Source: Anaeramoeba ignava BMAN (taxonomy: Eukaryota > Protista > Anaeramoebae). From it: DNA of 64,000 nt. The number at the start of each line of letters is the position of its first letter. Within the stretch, counting starts at the first letter, position 1. Below, one piece after another: positions 13,447 through 24,831 of this stretch. Location: the NCBI GenBank assembly GCA_028826165.1, contig JAPDFW010000099.1, positions 62,001 through 126,000 on the forward strand, written 5' to 3'. A program made the position numbers and the translations under genes. The notes beneath the pieces were generated by a model. It had not been told where the DNA came from. It did not search any database and saw nothing but the letters and a program-made list of their open reading frames with translations.

Positions 13447-13664
13447 TTCTTTAAAAAATTTTTTTTAGTAAGTTCTTTTTAAAATTATTTTCTAAATTAA
13501 ATGAAAATGAAAAAAAAATGAAAAAAAAAAATTAAAAAAAAAAAAATTTTATTTAAAAAAGAATAGATGACTAAAAAAAATGAAAAATTAGTAAAAAAAA
13601 GTAAAAAAAAATTTAATTAAAAAAAATTTTTCATTTTTTCATTTTTCTTTTCCATTTAAAATAA

Positions 13665-14859
13665 ATGAGTGATAAAATTATTTGTTCAAAAGTTTGGATA
13701 GAAGGAGATGTAAGCATTGGAGAAGGAACAATTATTCATCCTGATGCAGAATTAATAGCTAAAGATGGTCCAATTAAAATCGGAAAAAATAATATAATTG
13801 AAGAAAAATGCATAATTATAAATCAGTTAAAATTTTGCATTTAAAAAAATTTTACAAAAAAATTTTTTATTCAAATTTAATTTTTCTTTTGTTTTTTAAA
13901 CAGAAAAAAAAATGAAAATGATCAAGTTGAAACTTTAGAAATTAATGATTATAATTATTTTGAAGTTGGTTCTTGTAAATTCTCTTTTAAATTGACACTT
14001 TTATTTTCAAATTTAAAATTAAAATTCATTTTGAAAATTAAAATTTAAAATTAAAATTCATTTTGAAAATAAAATTAAAATTAAAATTCAATTAAAATTA
14101 AAATTAAATTTAAAATTAAAAATTCTGAAATTAAAATTAAAATTAAAATTCATTTTAAAAATTAAAATTAAAATTAAAATTAAAATTAAAATTAAAATTA
14201 AAATTAAAATTAAAATTAAAATTAAAATTAAAATTAAAATTAAAATTAAAATTAAAATTAAAATTAAAATTAAAATTAAAATCAATATTAAAATTGAAAT
14301 TAAAATTAATATTAAAATCAATATTAAAATTAAAATTCATTTTGAAAATTAAAATTAAAATTAAAATTGAAATTAAAATTAAAATTCATTTTGAAATTAA
14401 AATTAAAATTAAAATTAAAATTAAAATTAAAATTCATTTTGAAAATTGATTTTGAAATTTAAATGAAAATTCATTTTGAAAATTGATTTATAAAGATGTT
14501 GAATCAAGGAAAATAGGAGATAATAATATAATTGGAATATTTTCTAATTTAGGAAAAAATATAACTCTTCAAAATGGAGTTGTAATAAATCCAAAAGTGG
14601 ATCTTTCAAATGAATCAATGATTCTTAAAACAAACACAATTGCTTTTCAAAAACCAGAAATTCATTTTCATGAAATTCCAAATCAAGAAAATGTAATCAT
14701 TTTTTAATCAAAAAAAAAAGCAAAAAAAAAATTCACTTTTTCTCAATTATTTTTTTGCTTTTTTTTTTTGGAATTTAGTTTAATCATGAACAAATTGTTT
14801 CTCATTTAGAACGTTTAAGAAAACTTCTTCCTCAATTTCATGAATTAAAAGAAATTTAA
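13665..14859 (+). CDS. DCTN6: Dynactin subunit 6 (p27), 4 exons
   Basis: Exon 1 reads MSDKIICSKVWIEGDVSIGEGTIIHPDAELIAKDGPIKIGKNNIIEEKCIIIN (left-handed beta-helix, DCTN6-like); later exons give FEVGS, IGDNNIIG and the C-terminal LRKLLPQFH. Confidence 0.9.
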
Positions 14860-15011
14860 TTGAAAGAAAAAGAAAAAGAAAAAGAAAAAGAAAAACAAAT
14901 CAATTATTTTTTTTTTGTTAGAATTCTCTTTTATACTTTTTAATTAAAAATCGGAAAAAAAATTTAAAAATAACTTTTCATTTTTTTCTTTTATTTTTTA
15001 TTTTTAAAAAA

Positions 15012-17003
15012 ATGAATTCAAAAAAAAATTCGAAAAAAAAAATTACAAATTTTAATCCAAGAATGCATAGAAATAATTACTATAAAAATAATAAACCTAA
15101 TTTTCAAGAACTTGCTGAGAAATTTCCTTCTTTAAAACCTCAGTAAATGAATAAAATAATAAAATAATAAAATAATTTTTTTTTCTTTTAATTTAAATTG
15201 AAAAATTTTTTTTAGTGTTTTTTTAACAAAATTTAATTTCCCAACAATTGATTGGAAAAATGAAGATTCTTTAAGGTAATTAATAAAAAATAAATCAAAA
15301 AAGAAATATTCAAAAAGAAATAATTTTTGGGAAATTTGATCAATTATTTGAATTGGCAAAAAAAAAATTTTTTTATAATTTTTAGAGAATTAACAAAAGC
15401 TCTTTTATTTGTTGATTTTGGAATTAAAATGGAGATTCCAAACGATAGAATTATACCAACAATAACTTCTCGGTTAGTTTAATTTTAAATTGAGAATGAA
15501 ATAAAAATAAAAATAAAAATAAAATTTTTTTGAATAAGCAAATAAAATTTGTTCCTAATCTTTTTTTAAACCGGCAAAAAAATGTTTTTTTAATTTATTT
15601 TTGTTTTAGATTGAATTATATATATTGGCTTCATGATTTAGTGGGAGAAAGTGAAGAAAAAGAAATAAGTGGAATTGATATTGGAACTTCTGCTTCTTGT
15701 ATTTATCCTCTTTTAGGATATAAACTTTTCAAATGGAGATTTGTTTGCAACAGACATTGACGAGAAATCAATACGTTTTGCACGAGAAAATATCGAGAAA
15801 AACGGATGGAGCGAATTTATCAAAGTGCGATTTATGGGGAATCCAGATCAAATATTTACAGGAATAATTGAGAAAGATGAATATTTTGATTTTTCAATGT
15901 GTAATCCACCTTTTTATGAAAATGAAAAGGAAAAAAAAGATCGAGAAATTGCAAATAGGAGAGCTACATCAGGAGCGCTTTTTGAAATCACAACAAAAGG
16001 AGGAGAAAAAGGGTTTATTTTTAGAATGATTGATGAAAGTATTTTGATCCAAAATCAAATCAAATGGTTTTCTTCAATGGTTGGTCGAAAATCTTCTTTG
16101 AAACCAATTTTAAAAAGATTAAATCAACTAAATGTGACTCAAATAAAAAGAGGTAGATTTTTTCAAGGAAAGATTGTTAGATGGGCTGTTGCTTGGAGTT
16201 TTTTTGATGAAAAGGATTTGTCAAATAATCTGAGTCGATCAAAAAAAAGGAAAAAAGATTTTGATTCTCATTATTTAAATGAAAATAATTTAGGAAATCA
16301 ATTAGGAAATGAAAATCAAAATCAAAATCAAAATCAATTAGAAAATGAAAATCAAAATGAAAATCAATTAGGAAATAATTTAGGAAATGAAAATCAATTA
16401 GGAAATGAAAATCAATTAGGAAATAATTTAGGAAATAATTTAGGAAATGAAAATCAATTAGGAAATCAATTAGGAAATAATTTAGGAAATGAAAATCAAA
16501 ATCAAAATCAAAATCAATTAGGAAATCAAAATCAAAATCAAAATCAATTAGAAAATGAAAATCAAAATCAAAATCAAAATCAATTAGGAAATCAAAATCA
16601 AAATCAAAATCAAAATCAAAATCAATTAGGAAATAATTTAGGAAATGAAAATAATTTAGGAAATCAATTAGGAAATGAAAATCAAAATCAAAATCAAAAT
16701 CAATTAGGAAATCAAAATCAATTAGAAAATGAAAATACAAATCAAAATCAAAATCAAAATGAAAATCAAAATCAATTAGAAAATGAAAATACAAATCAAA
16801 ATCAAAATCAATTAGGAAATCAATTAGGAAATCAATTAGGAAATCAATTAGGAAATCAATTAGGAAATCAATTAGGAAATCAATTAAGAAATCAATTAGG
16901 AAATGAAAATCAATTAGGAAATAAATTAGAAAATGAAAATCAAAATCAAAATCAAAATCAAAATGAAAATCAAAATCAAAATCAAAATCAAAATGAAAAA
17001 TAA
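15012..17003 (+). CDS. METTL16: U6 snRNA/mRNA m6A methyltransferase METTL16-like, 4 exons, with a long NQLG low-complexity tail; one extra T near 15745
   Basis: MHRNNYYKNNKPNFQELAEKFP, RLNYIYWLHDL, GIDIGTSASCIYPLLG, MCNPPFY, GGEKGF, WFSSMVGRKSSL and RWAVAWSF are METTL16/RlmF-family motifs. Confidence 0.92.
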
Positions 17004-17005
17004 AA

Positions 17006-17340
17006 AATGAGAATAGAATTAATTTAATATTTAATTTATAAATTAATTTAAAAATATAATTTAATATTTAATTTTATTATTAAAATAATAATTTAATGTT
17101 TTAGATTTAAATATTTTATTATTTAAATATTAAACATAAAAATATAAAAAATGAGAATATAATTAATTTAATATTTAATTTATAAATCAATTTAAAAATA
17201 TAATTTAATATTTAATTTTATTATTAAAAAAATAATTTAATGTTTTAAATTTAAATATTTTATTATTTAAATATTAAACATATGAATATAAAAAATTAAG
17301 AATAGAATTAATTTAATATCTAATTTATAAATTAATTTAA
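17006..17340. repeat. AT-rich tandem repeat, ~143-bp unit, ~2.3 copies
   Basis: AAAAT(G/T)AGAATA.AATTAATTTAATAT recurs at about 17006, 17149 and 17293. Confidence 0.75.
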
Positions 17341-17482
17341 AATAATAATTTAAAAAGAAAATTAAACTAATTATTAATTTAAAATTATTCTCATTTTTTA
17401 TATAAATTTAATTAAATTTTTTTTTCCTTTTTTTTTTAAATTTTTTTTTTTTCATTTTTTTCCTTTTTTTTTAAAAAACAAA

Positions 17483-18967
17483 ATGAATAATAATAATAAT
17501 AACAACCAAAATGAAAAAGAAAAAGAAAAAGTAAAAGTAAAAGTAATTAAAATTGAATTTGCAAATGAAGAACAAAAAAAACAAATAACAAAAAAATTTA
17601 ATTGAAGATTATTCAAAACTTTTAAAAGGAAATTCATTTCATAATTTTTCAATTTTTGTTGAGAATGAATCAAATCCTGAAATTAAAGTTCATAAATCAA
17701 TTTTATCTTCAAGATCTCCTTTTTTTGCTAGATTTTTAAGAGAACAAAATGATATTAATGAGATTTTTAAATCAATTTAATAAAAAAGAAATGGAATCAA
17801 TTTTAAGTTATATTTATTATGGAAATACTTCTTTTGAGAATCAAGAAGATCTTCTCCAATTATTGGAAATTTCAATTTATTTTAAATTAAATTTATTGAA
17901 AGAAATTATTCAAGAAAAAATTTCAAATTCAATTAATTATTCAAATTTTTTCCAATTATTTTTCCAAAATCGAAATTTAAAATCAAATGAAATTGAAATA
18001 AAATGTTTTGAATTCCTAAATCAAAATTTTTCCCAAATTCAAAAAGATGAGAATTTATTCAGTTTAACTAAAGAAGAAATAATCAGATTTATTCAATTTA
18101 AACAAGAAAAAAAAGAGATTTTTGAATTAGATTTTTTTCAGTTTTTAAGTGAATGGATGAAAAAAAGTAATAAAAAATTAAGGGGAAAGAAATACAGGCA
18201 CAAAATGAATGTAAAAAAAAGATTATCTCATTCTTTTTTTTCATTATTTGATAAAGATTCAATTTCAAAAAAAGTTTTTAATAAATTAAAAGAATCGGAT
18301 TTTATTCTTCCTAAGTCTTTTTTATTACAGAAAATGAAGCAAAAAACGAAATTCTACAAGAATTTTCCTCAATTTTCAGATTCAGAAATTGAAGATATTA
18401 GATATGCTAAGAAATTGAAAAAATGGATAAATGATAATGAATTCTTTTCCAAAATGAAAAAAGGATATTCAGCAAAAAAAGATGGATTTAATTGTCAAAA
18501 TTGGCATAAAGCAGTTGATAATAAAGGAAAAACATTAGTTATTATCAAAACAACAGATAATTATATTTTTGGAGGATTTACTCAAATTGGATTTACAACT
18601 GATAAATCAAAATGGAGTAAAATTCTTCAGAAAGAAAATTTTGATTATATCACAGATCAAAATGCATTTATTTTCTCATTAAGAAATGATAAAGGAAATC
18701 GAAAACCAGAAAAATTCTCAATTAAAAAAAATGACACAAAATACGCGATTTATTACGATTATTTCAATCATGGTCCAGCTTTTGGAGGAAATGCTGGTTC
18801 GGGTGATTTTATTTTAGATTCCAATTTACAATCTGGTTGTTCAAAATTTGGTAATAGTTATAAGTTGCCTAATAAAGCTAATTTTCAATCAAAAGATCAA
18901 TCTAATAGTTATTTAGCTGGTTCTTATGATAAATGGGTTGTTGATGAACTTGAAACTTTTTATTTAA
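17483..18967 (+). CDS. BTB + TLDc domain protein; frameshifts in homopolymers near 17598, 17765 and 18960
   Basis: EIKVHKSILSSRSPFF (BTB) upstream of ORF 17749; KKDGF...DNKGKTLVIIKT...IFGGFT...AFIFSL...GPAFG...WVVDELETF (TLDc). Confidence 0.8.
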
Positions 18968-19109
18968 AATTTTCAAAATTAATTTTCTTTTTTTCCATCA
19001 TTTCAATTTATTCAAATTAAATAAGAAGAAAAGATCTTTTAAAAAAATTTCAATTTTTAAATCCAATAAAAATCATTTCAAAACAATTTTTAAGCAAATA
19101 ATATTCAAT

Positions 19110-21177
19110 TTAGTTTTCTTTTGTTAATTTGTTTTTTGGTTTTTCCACTAAAAAAAAAGAATAGAATAAAAAAATTTTTTTAAATTGAAATTAAATTTTT
19201 ATATCTAAATTTTTATATTTAAATTTTTATATTTACATTTTGGAAGTTCAGAGAATTGTTTTTTTTTATTATTTAGAAGTTGGATAATTTGATTGTCAGA
19301 TTGTGAATAATAAGCACAATGTAATGGAGTCCATCCCTAATAATTTTTATTTATAAATTTCAATAAAATTCATTATCTAATTTTAAATTTATTAAATCAA
19401 ACTGAAAAATTACCATCTTTTTTTAAAAATTTAATTTATAAAAATTTAATTTAATTCAATTTAATAATCAATTCAATATTCAATTCAAAATTCAATTCAA
19501 TATTCAATTCAATTTTCAATTCAAATTCAATTCAATTCAATTCAATTCAATTCAATTCAATTCAATTCAATTCAATTCAATATTCAATTCAATTTAATTT
19601 AATTCAATTCAATTCAATTCAATATTCAATTCAATTCAATTTAATTCAATTTAATATTCAATTTAATTCAATTTAATATTCAATTTAATTCAATTTAATA
19701 TTTAATTCAATTTAATTCAATTCAATTTAATATTTAATATTCAATTCAATATTCAATTCAATTCAATATTCAATATTCAATTCAATATTCAATTCAAATT
19801 CAATATTCAATTTCAATTCAATATTCAATTCAATTCAATATTCAATTCAATATTCAATTCAATTTAATATTCAATTCAATATTCAATTTAATATTCAATT
19901 CAATTCAATATTCAATTCAATTTAATATTCAATTCAATTTAATTGATCAAGATTACATTCTAAAATGATATCGTTTTTACATATTTTTTAAAATTTAAAA
20001 TTAAAAATTTTGATTAATGTCTTAAAGAAAAAAATACATTTGAAACATCAATTTTTGCTCCAATATAAAGTAGAGCTTCAATAATTTCAATATTAGGATC
20101 AAAAATACAAGCAAAATGAAGTGGAGTATCATTCTATTTACAATTAAAAATTTACAATTAAAAATTTACAATTAAAAATTTACAATTAGAAATTTACATT
20201 CTATTAATAATTTTAAATATTTGGAATTATTTTAAATCTTGAAATAAAATTTACAACCTTTTTATTCAAATAAAAATTTAAACAAAATAACAATGAAATT
20301 TTAAATAAAACATCAAAAACATTTGCTTCAGCTCCTGAAAAAATAAGAATTCTTATTATTTCAATTCCTGCACTATATCGGCATGCATAATGAAGTGGTG
20401 TCCATTTCTGAAATTAAAAATTATTAAATTTCAAATTAAATCGAAAAAAACAAAATAAAATTTACAAATTCCTTAATTTTTTTACATTCAAATTTCAAAT
20501 AATTTAATTTTAGATTTAGATTTATATTTATATTTATATTTATATTTATATTTATATTTATATTTATATTTATATTTATATTTAGATTTAGATTTAGATT
20601 TATATTTAGATTTAGATTTATATTTATATTTAGATTTAGATTTAGATTTAGATTTAGATTTAGATTTATATTTATATTTATTTTTACATTCTAAAAAGAG
20701 AAATATTTATAAAAATAAATTAATTTTGTAAAATAATAAAAAAATAAAACAAACAAGAGTTTGATTTGCAATATTTTGATCTTTAAATAAATTTTTAAGT
20801 TCTTTAACAAGTTTATTTTTAATTGCTTTTTCAATTTTATTTTTAATTTCAATTTCAATTCCATTTTCAATTCCATTTTCAATTCCAATTTTATTTTCAA
20901 TTTCATTTTCAATTCCATTTTCAATTCCATTTTCAATTCCAATTTTATTTTCAACTTCAATTTTATTTCCAATTTCATTTTCAATTTTATTTTCAATTTT
21001 ATTTTCATTTTCATTTTCAATTTTATTTTCAATTCCATTTTTAATTTCAATTTTATTTTCAATTTTATTTTCAATTTTATTTTCAATTTCATTTTCATTT
21101 TCAATTTCATTTTCAATTTTATTTTCAATTCCATTTTCATTTTTAACTTCAATTTTAATTTTATTTTTATTTGACAT
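19110..21177 (-). CDS. Ankyrin-repeat protein (~257 aa) with six micro-exons. Exons: 21177-20755, 20690-20688 (AAT), 20471-20466 (GAATTT), 20407-20312, 20257-20255 (GTT), 20200-20198 (AAT), 20133-20038, 19959-19957 (AAT), 19416-19414 (ATG), 19336-19237, 19147-19110
   Basis: Spliced product: ...ANQTL-N-EF-KWTPLHYACRYSAGIEIIRILIFSGAEANVFD-V-N-NDTPLHFACIFDPNIEIIEALLYIGAKIDVSN-N-M-GWTPLHCAYYSQSDNQIIQLL...; all ten introns are GT-AG. Confidence 0.8.
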
Positions 21178-21270
21178 TATTTTATTTAATTTAAAAAGAA
21201 AAAAAAGAAAAAGAAAAAAATGAAAAAAGAAAAAAGAAAAAATAAATATAAAATTTTTTTTTATTATAAA

Positions 21271-21372
21271 GCGCTCATCCAGTAAGAATAGTTTTCATGA
21301 AACAAGGTAGTTCGTTGGCAAACAAACTACTTGAATCTTGTCTTCAACCGCAAATTACAATAATCATCGCGC
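21271..21372 (-). ncRNA. Box C/D snoRNA, U16/SNORD16 (snR87)-like, predicted 18S rRNA 2'-O-methylation guide
   Basis: GC-richer island with terminal stem (AAA)GCGC/GCGC(TTT), box C-like CGATGAT and box D-like ATGA. The guide GTAATTTGCG before D'-like TTGA is complementary to conserved 18S CGCAAATTAC. Also a 10-bp internal hairpin and a 3' ATTCTTACTG as I recall in vertebrate U16. Confidence 0.8.
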
Positions 21373-21541
21373 TTTAATTAATTTATATTAATTTATATTA
21401 ATTTTAATTTTATTTTTTATTAAAAAAAAAAATAAAAAAAATGAAAAAAAAAAATTAAAAAAAAAAATTTTTTTATTTCTTTTTCATTTTTTTAATTTAA
21501 TTAAAATAAATTAATTAAATAATTTTTATCTTAATCTAATA

Positions 21542-23116
21542 ATGGAAAACTCGCAAACAGAACAAAAAACATTTGAAAATGAAACCAAAATCGAAGATGA
21601 AGGTAAATTAAATTATATTTCTATTTTAAATTTTTAAATTTTAAATTGTTTTTATGTTTGGATCTATTTTTAAAAAGAAAAATAACAATCAATCTAAACT
21701 TAAAAAAAAAAGCAAAAAAAAAAAAAAAAAAAAAGAAGAAGAAAAAGAAAAAAAATTCCAAATAATAAATAAATTAATAAATTAATAAATAAATTAAAAT
21801 TCTCATTTAATAAAAAATTTTTTAAATAAAAATAAATAGCAAATAATAAAAACGAAAATCAAAATGAAAATCAAAATCAAAATCAAAATGAAAATCAAAA
21901 TCAAAATGAAAATGAAAATGAAAATGAAAATCAAAATCAAAATGAAAATCAAAATGAAAACGAAAATGAAAATGAAAATCAAAATGAAAATGAAAATGAA
22001 AATGAAAATGAAAATGAAAATGAAAATGAAAATGAAAATGAAAATGAAAATAACAATAATAATAATAATAATAACAATAATAATAATAACAATAATAATA
22101 ATAATAACAATAATGAAAATCAAAAGGAAAATCAAAAGGAAAATCAAAATCAAAAGGAAAATCAAAATGAAAATGACGTAAAAATTATGGAAATTGATGA
22201 ACTACCAATAGGTTTTCCTGTTGAAATTCTAGATAAAAAATTCAATAAAATACAAACTGCAGAATTGATTCTAACAGAAACTCAAGTAAAATTACAAACT
22301 ACATTGAAAGATCACATTGGAGAACTAACTCAAGTTTTTTTTGAAGAACATCCAACAAAACCAACAATTATTTCCCTCGTTTTAAATGAAAAACAAGCAA
22401 TGTTTGCATGTTTTTCAAACAGTTTTTTGATTTCTTTTGATTCTGAAAATTCCAAAAACAAATTCGCAAAATTTGTCAAAAAAAGAAACGACCAATTTCA
22501 ATCTCCAAGTTTTTCAATCACAATTTTGAACTTAAAATTGGAAAAAATTTCAGATGCGAAAATTTTTGTTGACAAGACAAAATTATTTATTGAAAGCAAA
22601 TCAAAATACACATTTCCTTTGTTGAAAATAAGAATCGCAACTCATCCTAAAAACGAATTTTTACTTAAATTCAAAGTTGAAAAAACAGATATAACTTTCC
22701 TTGTTTCATTTGCCAGTTCAGAATTATGCCATAATTTTTTGGATTATTTCAGAAAAAGATATATCGAGTTAAAAGACGAATTGAAAGAACAAGAAAATCT
22801 CAAAATGATTAACCAAGATGCTGAATTTGTTCCTGTTTCCCTTCTTAATTTCGACTTCAAATTAATTGGAAAAGCAAATTTCATTTTGAAAAATGATCAA
22901 CTTTCTTTCAGAACAGAAACCGAAGTTTTCCCTAATATTCTTTCCAGAAATATCCATTTGAGTCAATCCATTTCTGATGAGTTTATTTACCAAGTTTCTT
23001 TTGATAAAAGTGATTATGGTTGGGGTTGTTTTTCTCTTGAATCTTTTATTGTTAAATTCAACGAAAGACCTGATTTTCAAAAAATTCTCTCAATAATTCC
23101 TCAAGATCAACAATAA
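21542..23116 (+). CDS. Uncharacterised protein: N/E/Q tract followed by three ~95-105-aa tandem PH-like modules; exons 21542-21602 and 21840-23116
   Basis: G|GTAAAT...AATAG|CA joins in frame with ORF 22187; module starts FPVEILDKKFNKIQTAELIL / FSITILNLKLEKISDAKIFV / VPVSLLNFDFKLIGKANFIL. Confidence 0.65.
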
Positions 23117-23334
23117 TTCTCAAAAAAAACAAAAAAATTTTTTGCTTTTTTCCTTTTTTCCTTTTTCTTTTTTTTTGGAAAACCAATTTTATTTGATTTT
23201 ATTTGATTTAGGAATAATTTTATTTGATTTGATTTGATTTGATTTGATTTGATTTGATTTGATTTGATTTGGGATTGAATAAAAAAAAAAAACAAAAAGA
23301 AATAATTTTGAATTGTTTTTTTTTTCATTTTGAT

Positions 23335-24761
23335 TCAACAACATCCAGAAGATATCGTTGAATCAATAAAATAAAGCTTCAAAATTTCTTTCAAAAATTC
23401 AACATCATCATCTCCAAATTGAAATTGATTCAAATCTTTCAAAGAAATATTTGAATGATTTTTTGCAAAGTTTAAAAACTTGATCAAATCAAAATTAAGT
23501 TTTTTGAAAATCTTGAATAGTTTATGTTCTAATTGACTTTCTGAGATTGAAACAGCTCCATAACTAAGAGAGGGATTAGTATTTAAAGACAATTGGATAT
23601 CTTTTAATTCTTCAGAAATAACAGCAAATTTTTGTTCATCAGATTTTGACAAGGTGAGAACTTTTTTTGCTTTTTCATTTATTTTTGGTTCATTAAGATT
23701 TAAATAAAGATCCCAAACTCTCTCTTTCACTTCAAAAATTTTCTCAGTTGTAAAGGCAATATAATGTTCCAGCATAGCAATTGAATCAATCTCATTGAGA
23801 TCGACATAAAATAGTGGATTTGGATCAATTATGCTGAATTCATTATTCTTTTTGGGAAGTTTTGTCAAAAAACAAGCACAATAAACTTGAAAAGAAACAT
23901 CTGCAATAGGTGGCATAGAAAAAAACAAAATTCTCTTCCGTAAATGAGCAGCTTTCCAAATCAACAAGCAATTTATCTAAAAAAAATTACAAATATTCAG
24001 TTGCTTAATTCGTTAAATATTGATCATATAAAAAAAGAAGAAGAAGAAAATTTCTTTCAAAAAAAATCTTTTTTCATACTTGAAAAAAATTGATAAAATT
24101 GGAAAATGATCCCACAGGATGTTTTGTAGCAATTCTGAGATGTGGAATTTTCTGAACTTTTTCTACAGTCCAATCTTCACGTGGAATTTTGGATACTTTT
24201 TCTTTAAAATATTCATCTAAATCTGAGAAATCATTTTTTATAAGAATTTTTTCTGATATTTTCTTCAATGAATTTATATGTGAATTTAAAGAAACAAAAG
24301 TAGGTGAAAGTACTCCAATACTACGCATTCTTACTCCTCGTTCTTTTTTGATTTCATCTTCCTGTTTGAGTTCTTGTTTAAAATAATATGATATTCCAAA
24401 AAATTGTTTGAATTTAAACATTCTATTAAAAATATTAAAAATAAATATTTAAATTTAAATTTGAATTAAATATCAAAAATAAATTTTGAATTGAAATCAA
24501 CATTATATCATTTTGAACATCATGTAAACCTGATGCTAATGCTTTGAATTCAACTCCAGAAATATCAAAATCATTTGGATAAAAATATTCAATTATATTT
24601 CCTTTTTTGATATCAAATCTAATTAAAAAAATTGAGAGAATTCCTTCAAGATTTTGTTTTGGTTCATCTTCTTCAATGATTTTTGGATCATATTCTTGAT
24701 TTGATTCAATTGAAATTTCATTTGATTCAAAACTTTCATCTTTTAATAAAGGTTCATTCAT
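23335..24761 (-). CDS. DENND11: DENN domain protein DENND11 (LCHN/KIAA1147)-like, 3 exons (24761-24502, 24422-24080, 23976-23335)
   Basis: FDIKKGNIIEY..P....GVEFKALASGLH, ERGVRMRSIGVLSP, HPVGSFS.F, WKAAHLRKRILFFS.PP and PLFYVDL match the family. Confidence 0.85.
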
Positions 24762-24831
24762 TTTTAAAAAAGAAAGAAAAAAATGAAAAAAAAAAATGAA
24801 AAAAAATTATTTTCATTTTTTTATTTCTAAA

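Noticed and set aside
15735-15760. Frameshifts as pseudogenisation or programmed frameshifting (also near 5533, 17598, 17765, 18960, 29350, 36355, 54775, 60645)
   Set aside because: Nearly all are small indels in or next to homopolymer runs, including in conserved genes such as METTL16; consensus error is the simpler explanation.
20481-20495. Additional micro-exon AAT|GTAAAA inside the 216-nt ankyrin intron (similar case at ~56745-56752)
   Set aside because: Preceded by TG, not AG, and inclusion is not needed for the repeat register or frame.
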